Assembly: GCA_002269645.1 (NCBI GenBank)
Contig: NIVC01001459.1
Span: 62,001 to 126,000, forward strand
Direction of reading: 5' to 3'
Origin: Macrostomum lignano
Lineage: Eukaryota
DNA: 64,000 nucleotides
The position numbers and the translations under genes are program-made. Position 1 is the first letter of the stretch, and each line of letters starts with the position of its first letter. Below, in pieces: positions 22,036-34,790 of the stretch. Under the pieces are notes generated by a model. It was not told where the DNA came from. It saw only the letters and a list, made by a program, of their open reading frames with translations, and ran no database searches.

Positions 22036-25000
22036 AACTTCGGTCTCGAGTCCTTAGGGATCAGATAAGTAGGCACACATTTGGTAGAGAGCAGTAGGAG
22101 GATGTCCCGCGGTTACCATGAGGTTTCGAACTTCTCTCATGTTGCTGACCACTTTTCTACACTTTCCTGCCTCTGCGAGTGTTCGATTGCCTCTTTTTCT
22201 CCCTCCCTGTCTGTCTGTGCGTCCTCCGCGCAAAGTTGAAAAAAGGGTAGGGGGCACAAGAGGTCGCCAAAGTTTTATAGAAAGATATAGAAATAGAATA
22301 TTATATGCTCGAATCAATAGAGGCAAGCTTCTTTTTGCCTCAGCTACTTACCAGCGACAACAAGTTTGCGGACCGGGGTTAGCAGCAGCTGGATCAATTT
22401 GCTCACTCGAGTAATTCCACGTTCTGCCGCATGCAACCCCTCTACTACTGCTCAGCATCCTTCCTGTGCGCCTCATCAGTGCGGGGATTTTAGAATTCTC
22501 ATGGGGGTGAGAAGGCAGATAAGAGAGGAGGGGAGAGAGGAGAGGAGAGGAGAGAGAAGAGCGGAGAAGAGAAAAGAGAGGAGAAGAGAGGAGAGAAGAG
22601 AGAAGAGTGGAGAGGAGAGAAGAGGAGACAAGAGAGGAGAGAAGAGGAGACAAGAGAAGAGAGGAGAAGAGAGAAGAGAGGAGAAGAGAGAAGAGAGGAG
22701 AAGAGAGAAGAGAGGAGAGAAGAGAGAGTTGAGAGAAGAGGAGACAAGAGAGAAGAGAGGAGAGAGAGAAGAGAAGAGAGAAGAGTGGCGCGGGGGAGAA
22801 AAGAGAAGAGTGGAAAAGAGAGGAGAGGAGAGAGGCGAGAAGACAGGTGAGAAGAGGAGAGAGGAGAGAGAAGAAGGGAGCGAGGAGGGGAGAGAAAAGA
22901 GAAGGAGAGTTGAGGAGAGATGATTGTGAAGTTCTGAAGTATTGTAAAGTCTCAAATGACCTGAGGGCTGGTTAGAGAGGCTTTGTGCTGTAAATGTGCT
23001 ATAAATTTGCTGTTGATGTGCTGTAAATTTGCTGTGAATGTGCTATAAATGTGCTGTAAATGCGCTATAAATGTGCTATGAATGTGCTGTGAATGTGCTA
23101 TAAATGTGCTATAAATGTGCTGTAAACCGGGTTTTTCCGACCCCTGATTTTATAGAAACGCGACAATCATTTTGAAACTACATCATTTTCATCTGGGATT
23201 TAGCAGCTAAAAATTCACCTAAAAATGATACAAATTATGAAATTAAGCTCTACTTGGACCAAAACTTGATTGTTATTTTTTAGAAACTAGCTCAATCTTG
23301 TTAAAAATTTAGCACGTCTCCATTTGAACTGGACACGCTCTTTTCTCTCCCTTCATTTTGAAGGGAAGATTGCAAGATCGAAAATATTTCACTCAAACTT
23401 TGACTTGAAAGCTAAAAAACACGGCACCGATCTCTGCGGAGTGAGAAACCAAGGAACCGGAACTGAACCGCGGCGGTTTTAATGCTTTGTTGGCGAATCG
23501 AAATTCAAATGCCTACAAAGCTTCTTAGTTTGTGTTACTAATGGGGTTTGTGTAGCTTTTGGGGTAAAGTGTTTTAAGTGAGTTGTATCGGTGAAGCTTG
23601 TGAAATCGTGTCGTTAAAGCTTGTGAAATCGTGTCGTTAAAGCTTGTGAAATCGTGTCGTTAAAGCTTGTGAAATCGTGTCGTTAAAGCTTGTGAAATCG
23701 TGTCGTTAAAGCTTGTGAAATCGTGTTGTTAAAGCTTGTGAAATCGTGTTGTTAAAGCTTGTGAAATCGTGTTGTTAAAGCTTGTGAAATGTGTTGTTAA
23801 AGCTTGTGAAATCGTGTTGTTAAAGCTTGTGAAATGTGTTGTTAAAGCTTGTGAAATCGTGTTGTTAAAGCTTGTGAAATGTGTTGTTAAAGCTAGTCAA
23901 ATGGTGCTTATAAAGCTTGTCGAATGGTGTTGTTAAAGCTTGTGAAATGGTGTTTATAAAGCTTGTGAAATTGTGTATATAAAGCTTGTGAAATGGTGTT
24001 TATAATGCTTGTGAAATGGTGTTTATAATGCTTGTGAAATGGTGTTTATACAGCTTGTGAAATGGTGTTTATAAAGCTTGTGAAATGTGTTTATTAAGCT
24101 TGTGAAATGGTGTTTATAAAGCTTGTGAAATGTGTTTATTAAGCTTGTGAAATGGTGTTGTTAAAGCTAGTCAAATGGTGCTTATAAAGCTTGTCGAATG
24201 GTGTTGTTAAAGCTTGTGAAATGTGTTGTTAAAGCTTGTGAAATCGTGTTGTTAAAGCTAGTCAAATGGTGCTTATAAAGCTTGTCGAATGGTGTTGTTA
24301 AAGCTTGTGAAATGGTGTTTATACAGCTTGTGAAATTGTGTTCATAAAGCTTGTGAAATGGTGTTTATAAAGCTTGTGAAATGGTGTTTATAAAGCTTGT
24401 GAAATGGTGTTTATAAAGCTTGTGAAATGTACATTTATCAGGTTCGTGAAATGTGTGTTGTGAAGCTATGACCCATGTTAATACCTGGCCCGTGTCTCCT
24501 TAATAAATTAATCAATATTGTTCTAAAGGAAGTTACTCTGCACTCTGCTCTGCTAAGTGTGAAAACTCATGCAGCCCCTTCAACCCCCAGTTCCAGTCGG
24601 TTCAAGTTAATTGCATCTATCGATTGCCCAGTCTCCTGCAAAGAAAGTTTAGTTAGAAAGAGAATTTTCTAAGCATAGTCAGAAAATCTCATTCATACCT
24701 GTGTTCATTATATTTTTATTGCTTGTTAATTTTTTTGTCAAATTTCAGGATGAAAAGAATCAAATTATGACTACAAATGTCTGGCTGCGTGAGGTGCGAT
24801 CTGTTTTTTGATAAAAGTTGAATTTTTTATAACCGATTCTTAATCTCCCTGTCACTGTGAGTGCAAGTTTGCAAGTTTGGATACAATTCCAGGTCTGGTA
24901 CGACAGCAAGCTGACCTGGGACCCGGATGCTTATCACGGAGTCAGCACTCTTTACATCCCGTCTGAGGATATCTGGTTGCCGGATATTGTCCTCTATAAC

Positions 25001-28000
25001 AAGTCAGTTTAGCAATATGTATAGTGTGGCGATATGTATCGATAATGTGTTTTATACCTTAACTAAATTTGCCGCTACGCATATGATTAAGATCTACGAG
25101 CGTGTTGTGTCTAGACTCCACAGTCTGGTCACTCCACCATCTAGTCACTCTCATATCTAGTCACTCTCCTATGTAGTCACTCTCCCATCTAGTCACTCTT
25201 CTATCTAGTCACTCTCCCACCTAGTCACTCCACCATCTAGTCACTCTCCCGTCTAGTCACTCTTCTATCTAGTCACTCTCCTATCTAGTCACTCCACCAT
25301 CTAGTCACTCTCCCGTCTAGTCACTCTCCTATCTAGTCACTCCACCATCTAGTCACTCTCATATCTAGTCACTCTCCTATCTAGTCACTTTCCTATCTAG
25401 TCACTCTCCCATCTAGTCACTCTCATATCTAGTCGCTCTCCTATGTAGCCACTCTTCTATCTAGTCACTCTTCTGTCTAGTCACTCTTCTATCTAGTCAC
25501 TCTCCTATGTAGTCACTCTCCTATGTAGTCACTCTCCTATGTAGTCACTCTCCTACGTAGTCACTCTCCTATGTAGTCACTCTCCTATCTAGTCACTCTC
25601 ATATGTGACTACAGTCTAGTCACTCTTCTATCTAGTCACTCTCCTATCTAGTCACTCTCCTATCTAGTCACTCCACCATCTAGTCACTCTCCCGTCTAGT
25701 CACTCTCCTATCTAGTCACTCCACAATCTAGTCACCGTCTAGTCACTCTTCTATCTAGTCACTCTCCTATCTAATCACTCCACCATCTAGTCACTCTCCC
25801 GTCTAGTCACTCTCCTATCTAGTCACTCCACAATCTAGTCACTTCACTATCTAGTCACTCTCCTATGTAGTCACTCTCCTATGTAGTCACTCTCCTATGT
25901 AGTCACTCTCCTATGTAGTCACTCTCCTATCTAGTCACTCTTCTATCTAGTCACCTCCAGCCAACCAGCTGGTCACTCTCCTATGTAGTCACTCTCCTAT
26001 ATAGTCACTCTCCTATGTAGTCACTCTCCTATGTAGTCACTCTCCTATGTAGTCACTCTCCTATGTAGTCACTCTCCTATGTAGTCACTCTCCTATGTAG
26101 TCACTCTCCTATGTAGTCACTCTCCTATGTAGTCACTCTCCTATGTAGTCACTCTCCTATGTAGTCACTCTCCTATCTAGTCACTCTCCTATCTAGTCAC
26201 TCTTCTATCTAGTCACCTCCAGCCAACCAGCTGGTCACTCTCCTATGTAGTCACTCTCCTATATAGTCACTCTCCTATGTAGTCACTCTCCTATGTAGTC
26301 ACTCTCCTATCTAGTCACTCTCCTATCTAATCACTCTTCTATCTAGTCACCCCCAGCCAACCAGCTAGTCACTCTCCTATCTAGTCACTCTCTTATCTAG
26401 TCACTCCACCATCAAGTCGCTCAACCATCTAGTCACTCTTATCTAGTCACCCATCTAGCACTCTCCCATCAAATCACTCCCCCATCTAGTCACCGTCTAG
26501 TCACTCTTCTATCTAGTCACTCTCCTATCTAATCACTCCACCATCTAGTCACTCTCCCGTCTAGTCACTCTCCTATCTAGTCACTCCACAATCTAGTCAC
26601 TTCACTATCTAGTCACTCTCCTATGTAGTCACTCTCCTATGTAGTCACTCTCCTATGTAGTCACTCTCCTATGTAGTCACTCTCCTATGTAGTCACTCTC
26701 CTATGTAGTCACTCTCCTATGTAGTCACTCTCCTATGTAGTCACTCTCCTATGTAGTCACTCTCCTATGTAGTCACTCTCCTATGTAGTCACTCTCCTAT
26801 GTAGTCACTCTCCTATGTAGTCACTCTCCTATGTAGTCACTCTCCTATGTAGTCACTCTCCTATGTAGTCACTCTCCTATGTAGTCACTCTCCTATGTAG
26901 TCACTCTCCTATGTAGTCACTCTCCTATGTAGTCACTCTCCTATCTAGTCACTCTTCTATCTAGTCACCTCCAGCCAACCAGCTGGTCACTCTCCTATGT
27001 AGTCACTCTCCTATATAGTCACTCTCCTATGTAGTCACTCTCCTATGTAGTCACTCTCCTATGTAGTCACTCTCCTATGTAGTCACTCTCCTATGTAGTC
27101 ACTCTCCTATGTAGTCACTCTCCTATCTAGTCACTCTCCTATCTAGTCACTCTCCTATCTAGTCACCCCCAGCCAACCAGCTAGTCACTCTCCTATCTAG
27201 TCACTCTCTTATCTAGTCACTCCACCATCTAGTCACTCTCCCGTCTAGTCACTCTCCTATCTAGTCACTCCACCATCTAGTCACTCTCCCGTCTAGTCAC
27301 TCTCCTATCTAGTCACTCCACAATCTAGTCACTTCACTATCTAGTTACTCTCCCACCTAGTCACTCTCCTATCTAGTCACTCTCCTATCTAGTCACTCTC
27401 CTATCTAGTCACTCTCCCATCTAGTCACTCTCATATCTAGTCGCTCTACTATGTAGCCACTCTTCTATCTAGTCACTCTTCTATCTAGTCACTCTTCTAT
27501 CTAGTCACTCTTCTATCTAGTCACTCTCCTATGTAGTCACTCTCCTATGTAGTCACTCTCCTATGTAGTCACTCTCCTATCTAGTCACTCTCCTATCTAG
27601 TCACTCTTCTATCTAGTCACCTCCAGCCAACCAGCTGGTCACTCTCCTATGTAGTCACTCTCCTATATAGTCACTCTCCTATGTAGTCACTCTCCTATGT
27701 AGTCACTCTCCTATCTAGTCACTCTCCTATCTAATCACTCTTCTATCTAGTCACCCCCAGCCAACCAGCTAGTCACTCTCCTATCTAGTCACTCTCTTAT
27801 CTAGTCACTCCACCATCAAGTCGCTCAACCATCTAGTCACTCTTATCTAGTCACCCATCTAGCACTCTCCCATCAAATCACTCCCCCATCTAGTCACTCC
27901 CTTATCTAGTCATTCCGCCATCTAATCATTCCTCTATGTAATCACTGCTCTTATCTTGCCACCCTCATTCCCCTAATCAAATCTCTGTTTTATTTACAGT

Positions 28001-31000
28001 CAAAATTTTTTTTATTTGCACATTCACGGACCTGGCGCCAATTTAAAATTCAGCGCCGATGGCAACTACGAGGTGACCCTGATGACCAAGGCGGCCCTGC
28101 AGAGCACCGGAAAAGTGCTGTGGGAGCCGCCAGCTATCTATAAATCATCCTGCCAAATCGATGTGGAATTTTTCCCATTCGATAGCCAGAATTGTACCAT
28201 GAAGTTTGGCAGCTGGACCTACGATGGGCTCCAGGTAACTGACGCTTGGGGTTGCAGCAGTGGGCTTATTGATCTCTTACCCTATTCGAGTAAACACACC
28301 CATGTCATGCTATAGGAAACACCCTCTATCACTTAAAATAAACACCTCTCGTGTAAATTCAGTAAACAACCACTGAACCAAACAACCAGTGTTCACTCCA
28401 GTAAACACACTCACCTCACTCCAGTAAACACACCCACCTCACTCCAGTAAACACACCCACCTCACTCCAGTAAACACACCCACCTCACTCCAGTAAACAC
28501 ACCCACCTCACTCCAGTAAACACACCCATACCTCACTCCAGTAAACACACCCACCTCACTCCAGTAAACACACCCACCTCACTCCAGTAAACACACCCAC
28601 CTCACTCCAGTAAACACACCCACCTCACTTGAGTAAACACACCCACCTCACTCCAGTAAACACACCCACCTCACTCCAGTAAACACACCCGCCTCACTCC
28701 AGTAAACACACCCACCTCACTCCAGTAAACACACCCGCCTCACTCCAGTAAACACACCCACCTCACTCCAGTAAACACACCCGCCTCACTCCAGTAAACA
28801 CACCCGCCTCACTCCAGTAAACACACCCACCTCACTCCAGTAAACACACCCACCTCACTCCAGTAAACACACCCGCCTCACTCCAGTAAACACACCCACC
28901 TCACTCCAGTAAACACACCCGCCTCACTCCAGTAAACACACCCACCTCACTCCAGTAAACACACCCACCTCACTCCAGTAAACACACCCACCTCACTTGA
29001 GTAAACACACCCACCTCACTCCAGTAAACACACCCACCTCACTTGAGTAAACACACCCACCTCACTCCAGTAAACACACCCACCTCACTCCAGTAAACAC
29101 ACCCGCCTCACTCCAGTAAACACACCCACCTCACTTGAGTAAACACACCCACCTCACTCCAGTAAACACACCCACCTCACTCCAGTAAACACACCCACCT
29201 CACTCCAGTAAACACACCCACCTCACTTGAGTAAACACACCCACCTCACTCCAGTAAACACACCCACCTCACTCCAGTAAACACACCCACCTCACTCCAG
29301 TAAACACACCCGCCTCACTCCAGTAAACACACCCACCTCACTCCAGTAAACACACCCGCCTCACTCCAGTAAACACACCCGCCTCACTCCAGTAAACACA
29401 CCCACCTCACTCCAGTAAACACACCCACCTCACTCCAGTAAACACACCCGCCTCACTCCAGTAAACACACCCACCTCACTCCAGTAAACACACCCGCCTC
29501 ACTCCAGTAAACACACCCACCTCACTCCAGTAAACACACCCACCTCACTCCAGTAAACACACCCACCTCACTCCAGTAAACACACCCACCTCACTCCAGT
29601 AAACACACCCACCACACTCCAGTAAGCACACCCATACCTCACTCCAGTAAACACCCACCTCACTCCAGTATTCACACCATACCTCACTCCAGTAAACGCA
29701 ACCACCTCACTCCAATAAAAACCCCTATTTGAATTCAGTAAACACACCCTACACCTCACCTGCACCGCAGGTGGACCTTCGCCACATTCAGCAGGCCAAC
29801 AGCAGCGAGCCCGTAGTTGAGTTCGGCATTGATCTGGAAACATTCTACGAGTCCACCGAATGGACGTCCTTGAAGTGCCGGCCAAGCGACACGAGAAGGT
29901 CTACCCCTGCTGTCCGGAGCCCTACCCCGACATCACCTTCGCCATCATACTTCGCCGAAAGACCCTGTTTTACACCGTGAATCTAATCATACCCTGCGTG
30001 GCAATCAGCTTTCTCACCGTCATGGTTTTCTATCTGCCATCCGACAGCGGCGAGAAGATCACCCTGTGCATCTCCATTCTGCTCGCTCTGACCGTGTTTT
30101 TCCTTCTATTAGCTGAGACCATACCGCCAACTTCGCTAGTAGTGCCGCTGATTGGCAAGTACCTGCTGTTTACCATGATTCTAATCACTCTGTCCATCAT
30201 TGTCACCGTGATTGTGCTCAATGTACACTTCCGCGGCCCGGCCACGCATCGGATGGCACCCTGGGTTCGACGCCTGTTTCTTGAGTCGCTGCCGGCCCTG
30301 CTGCTCATGCCGCCGCATCCGGGACTGGCCAGGGCTGCGGCCGCTGCGGTGAGACTGGGGGAGTGACTAGAGAGCGGAGTGACAAGATGGGAGAGTGAAT
30401 CGACAAATGAGTGATTAGATGATAGAGTGGATAGATGGTGAAGTGTCTAGATGTAAGAGTGACTAGATGGGGGAGTGACTAGATGGGGGAGTGACTAGAT
30501 GGGAGTGACTAGATGGGGGAGTGAATAGATGGGGGAGTGACTAGATGGGGGAGTGACTAGATGGGGGAGTGACTAGATAGGGGAGTGACTAGATGGGGGA
30601 GTGACTAGATGGGAGTGACTAGATGGGGGAGTGACTAGATCGGGGAGTGACTAGATGGGGGAGTGACTAGATATGGGAGTGACTAGATCGGGGAGTGACT
30701 AGATGGGGGAGTGACTAGATCGGGAGTGACTAGATGGGGGAGTGACTAGATATGGGAGTGACTAGATCGGGGAGTGACTAGATGGGGGAGTGACTAGATC
30801 GGGAGTGACTAGATCGGGGAGTGACTAGATGGGGGAGTGACTAGATATGGGAGTGACTAGATCGGGGAGTGACTAGATGGGGGAGTGACTAGATCGGGAG
30901 TGACTAGATGGGGGAGTGACTAGATGGGGGAGTGACTAGATCGGGAGTGACTAGATCGGGGAGTGACTAGATATGGGAGTGACTAGATCGGGGAGTGACT

Positions 31001-32360
31001 AGATGGGGGAGTGACTATAAATTGCACTGTAGAGTGTGACTAGACGGAGAGTGAAGAGTAGATGCCTGCTGACAAGACACTGACTGATTCCAACATACCA
31101 TTCTCTCCAGAAAGCCCCACAAGCGGCTGCAGCTCAATGCCAGCAGCAGAGCCGTCAGAACGTCCGCATCGCTCGCGATCTTGAAGTCCTGCTGACGCGC
31201 ACGCAAGACACCTGGAATGATCGAGATGGGGCTGCCGCAGCTGCCGACTTCAACGACGAGCTGGCAGACCCCCGCCTGCGTCGAGATCTGCAGTTCGCCC
31301 TGTACGGCGTGGAATTCATTGCCAGGCATTTGAAACGGGAGGACGAGGAGAAAAATGCGAGTTTTTGTTTCAATTTTGCCTACTAAAAGTAGAAAGTTTG
31401 AGTTTTTAGTGATTTTTTTCTAAAGAAATTATTAACTCGTCTATTGAAGTTTAAAGTTTCCCACCCTAAAATCATATAACTTCGACTCATCTCTGACACA
31501 GACCGTTCTCATCGCTCGACAATCTTTCAGATTCGCGACGATTGGAAATTTGTGGCTTTGGTTTTGGACAGACTGTTTCTGTGGATATTTTCAATTGCAT
31601 GTGTAACTGGTGAGCAAATCTGGTGATGCAGTTGGTAATTCAGTTTGTAATGCAGCTGGTAATGCGCTTGGTAAAGCGGTTGGTAATGAGCTCGGTAATT
31701 AGATTGGTAATGAGACTGGTAACGAGATTGATAATGAGATTGGTAATTATGTTGGTAATGAGATTGGTAATTAGGTTGGTAATGAGATCGGTAATTAGGT
31801 TGGTAATGAGATCGGTAATTAGGTTGGTAATGAGATTGGTAATTAGGTTGGTAATGAGATTGATAATGAGATTGGTAATTATGTTGGTAATGAGATTGGT
31901 AATGGGATTGGTAATTATGTTGGTAATGAGATTGGTAATTAGGTTGGTAACGAGATTGATAATGAGATTGGTAATTATGTTGGTAATGAGATTGGTAATG
32001 GGATTGGTAATTATGTTGGTAATGAGATTGGTAATGGGATTGGTAATTATGTTGGTAATGAGATTGGTAATGGGATTGGTAATTATGTTGGTAATTAGGT
32101 TGGTAATGAGATCGGTAATGAAGTTGGTAATGAAATTGGTAATGAGATTGGTAATGAGATCGGTTATGAGATCGGTAATGAAATCGGTAACGTAAGTCAG
32201 CAACGCAGTCGGCAATGCAGACGTGAACATTCCACTCCCACGAACCGCAGGCACACTGGGGGTGATCCTGCAGGCTCCCACTCTCTATGATGACAGTCAG
32301 GCCATCGACTTGAAAAACCTGAGCTACAGATCTGAGCAGGAGATCATCAACCAAATTTGA
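19817..32360 (+). CDS. Nicotinic acetylcholine receptor alpha subunit (cation-selective Cys-loop channel). Exons 19817-19859, 21788-21948, 24749-24793, 24893-25002, 28054-28234, 29771-30348 (one base missing at ~29863), 31111-31356, 31531-31609, 32251-32360; ~517 aa once corrected
   Basis: Signal peptide; [12 protein letters not shown]; [13 protein letters not shown]; [14 protein letters not shown]; Cys loop [15 protein letters not shown]; FGSWTYDG; vicinal Cys YPCCPEPY (alpha type); M1 [15 protein letters not shown]; M2 [18 protein letters not shown]; M3; M4 [18 protein letters not shown]. Splice phases are consistent. Confidence 0.95.
19986..20352. repeat. Intronic minisatellite, 32 bp (TCAATGATTTGCATCTAGATCAAATCTAATCA)
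   Basis: Tandem copies in nAChR intron 1. Confidence 0.92.
20369..21670. repeat. Intronic minisatellite, 33 bp (AATAGAATGGATTGCTAATCTATAGGATGAAGG)
   Basis: Tandem copies in nAChR intron 1. Confidence 0.92.
21949..22921. repeat. (GA)n microsatellite 21950-22033 and GA-rich low-complexity tract ~22507-22921
   Basis: Read directly. Confidence 0.85.
23594..24430. repeat. Intronic minisatellite, 23 bp (AAAGCTTGTGAAATCGTGTCGTT)
   Basis: Tandem copies that diverge progressively. Confidence 0.9.
25124..27945. repeat. Intronic minisatellite, 16 bp (CTAGTCACTCTCCTAT), with higher-order block duplications
   Basis: Tandem copies in nAChR intron 4. Confidence 0.93.
28390..29755. repeat. Intronic minisatellite, 23 bp (CACTCCAGTAAACACACCCACCT)
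   Basis: Tandem copies in nAChR intron 5. Confidence 0.93.
30360..31020. repeat. Intronic minisatellite, 15-16 bp (GAGTGACTAGATGGGG); reverse complement of the 25124-27945 family
   Basis: Core GAGTGACTAGAT is the exact reverse complement of ATCTAGTCACTC. Confidence 0.92.
31620..32190. repeat. Intronic minisatellite, 12 bp (TTGGTAATGAGA)
   Basis: Fills nAChR intron 8. Confidence 0.9.
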
Positions 32361-32674
32361 GATTCGAGACGGGTATTGAATTTACGAGTGTAGTTTCATA
32401 CCTGTAGCTTCTGTTTATTCTGTTTATAGCTCTTTGTTTAGCAATTCAACTCGTACTAATAACTGAATGTTTTGCATATTGTAATGCGTAATTTATGATT
32501 AAATAGTTTTAATGTAAGTTTATTTTATTGTCCAGAATTCTGTTACTCATTTTGTTACACACAGTGATTACGCTAAGAACGATAAAATAGATTCATAAAA
32601 CCAATGAGTCGAGCTGTGCCATATTTTTACGGTTTTAGGCACAGGACATGTACAATTGTACGTAGGATATTGTA

Positions 32675-33131
32675 CACAGGTCTCCCTTCTATCCCAGATG
32701 TACACAGGGTCTCCCTTCTATCCCAGATGTACACAGGGTCTCCCTTCTATCCCAGATGAACACAGGTCTCCCTTCTATCCCAGATGAACACAGGTCTCCC
32801 TTCTATCCCAGATGAACACAGGTCTCCCTTCTATCCCAGATGAACACAGGGTCTCCCTTCTATCCCAGATGAACACAGGGTCTCCCTTCTATCCCAGATG
32901 AACACAGGGTCTCCCTTCTATCCCAGATGAACACAGGTCTCCCTTCTATCCCAGATGAACACAGGTCTCCCTTCTATCCCAGATGAACACAGGTCTCCCT
33001 TCTATCCCAGATGAACACAGGTCTCCCTTCTATCCCAGATGAACACAGGGTCTCCCTTCTATCCCAGATGAACACAGGTCTCCCTTCTATCCCAGATGAA
33101 CACAGGTCTCCCTTCTATCCCAGATGAACAC
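32675..33131. repeat. Minisatellite, 28-29 bp (CACAGGTCTCCCTTCTATCCCAGATGAA)
   Basis: Tandem copies read directly. Confidence 0.92.
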
Positions 33132-33500
33132 AGCTACTTTAAGGAGTATCAAACAGTTTCGCTACAGGCATTTGCAACTTAATGACTGGCTATACCTAAC
33201 AGTTTTCCACTTCTGTCACCGAAAAATAAAGTTGCTTTCTTAGTTCATCATTGAGTGCTATAGGTAATTAACCTGTCAGAGTTTAGTACAGTGATCAGGT
33301 TTAGAAGATAAAAGAATGTCAAAACAAATACTTGAAGTAATAAGCATGGATAGAACCTGCACGATAGGGTCAAGAAAAGTTACGGCTGTTAAAAAAATTT
33401 AAATTTTAAATGAAAACGGCCGCTTCATGCAGGCATGCTGCGCCACAATAATTATAATAAGTCTGCAGTAAAAAAATTGTTCGCTGGACAATATCACAGA

Positions 33501-33923
33501 TATAGTATTTGTCATGCTATCTCAGCCTAGAGACATCCAAACTCAGCCAGTCCCATTCCGCAATGCGTTTTTTTGGCTCGAGCTAGTCGACTTTTACCAT
33601 AGACATGCTTCTTAAGGCCATGCTATCTCAGCCTGGGACATGCAATCTCAGCCAATATAGATTTCAATTGCAAACAGATCTCAATGCTATCATTTCTGTA
33701 ACGTGACATGAAATGGCAACAAACAGCAATGAATGAACGCAGCAAGAAAAGTCAGTAAGGGTACGCAACAACGCTGAGATTGCATGTCCCAGGCTGAGAT
33801 AGCATGGCCTTAAGAAGCATGTCTATGGTAAAACTTGACTGGCTTACGTAAAAAATCGCACTGTCGAGATGGGCTGGCTGAGTTTGGATGTCTCTAGGCT
33901 GAGATAGCATGACAAATACTATA
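33501..33923. mobile_element. Hairpin MITE (non-autonomous DNA transposon), probable TA target duplication
   Basis: ~150-bp inverted arms (33501-33652 / 33773-33923) starting TATAGTATTTGTCATGCTATCTCAGCC, each with two internal ATCTCAGCC(T) motifs; ~120-bp spacer. Confidence 0.8.
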
Positions 33924-34043
33924 CTAGAAACACTGTGTATTTATTATCTATGGACAATATTGGGCTTGAAAATTATTATGGTAGTGACGCAGATAAATGG
34001 ATGCATGCAGCAGAAGACCAGCTGCCTGCAGGAAATGTGCAAG

Positions 34044-34400
34044 GACTACTAAACTAGGACTACTAAACTAGGACTACTAAACTAGGACTACTAAACTAGG
34101 ACTACTAAACTAGGACTACTAAACTAGGACTACTAAACTAGGACTACTAAACTAGGACTACTAAACTAGGACTACTAAACTAGGACTACTAAACTAGGAC
34201 TACTAAACTAGGACTACTAAACTAGGACTACTAAACTAGGACTACTAAACTAGGACTACTAAACTAAGACTACTAAACTAGGACAATGGACTACGACTAC
34301 TGGACTAGGGCTACTAGACTAGAACTACCAGACTACCGTAGGACTACTAAACTAGGACGTGGACTAGGTACTGGACTAGGGCTACTGGATTTGGACCGCT
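34044..34400. repeat. Minisatellite, 14 bp (GGACTACTAAACTA)
   Basis: Perfect copies followed by a degenerate tail. Confidence 0.9.
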
Positions 34401-34790
34401 AGACTAGGACTACCGGACTAGATAACGAAGTGTTCCTAGTGGTCCTTGGAAATGTGTACCGCTGTTCGAGGGTCAATCGAATATCAGATATACTTGAACA
34501 TGTTTTGAGTTCATGTCTCGCAAGGGCAGGCCTGCAAGAGGAGAAACGAATTATTGGCCTTTTAAATCTTGTGACCCTCAGCCACAAGAGCGGAAGTGCT
34601 ACACATAATCCCTATTAGCGCAGAACAGAAAAAAATAAACAAAATATGATTCATAACACACAAGGCTAAACAGTCTATAGTTTAAATTGTGGTGGTTGAA
34701 TTAAGTATGATAAAACAAGTGCGCTACCAGATAAATGAAGACAGTAAAAGATTATGTGTGTGTGTTACGATCGGGATAGTCTTTGTAGAT

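Noticed and set aside
22380-22480. Hammerhead-ribozyme-like CTGATGAG on the - strand (22471-22479)
   Set aside because: I found no convincing stem II or GAAA core at the required spacing. An Infernal search would be needed to revisit it.
25124-29755. CRISPR-like appearance of regular arrays (also 17210-18541, 44781-45954, 51765-52930)
   Set aside because: Units abut head to tail without unique spacers, they lie in or between spliced eukaryotic genes, and there are no cas genes.
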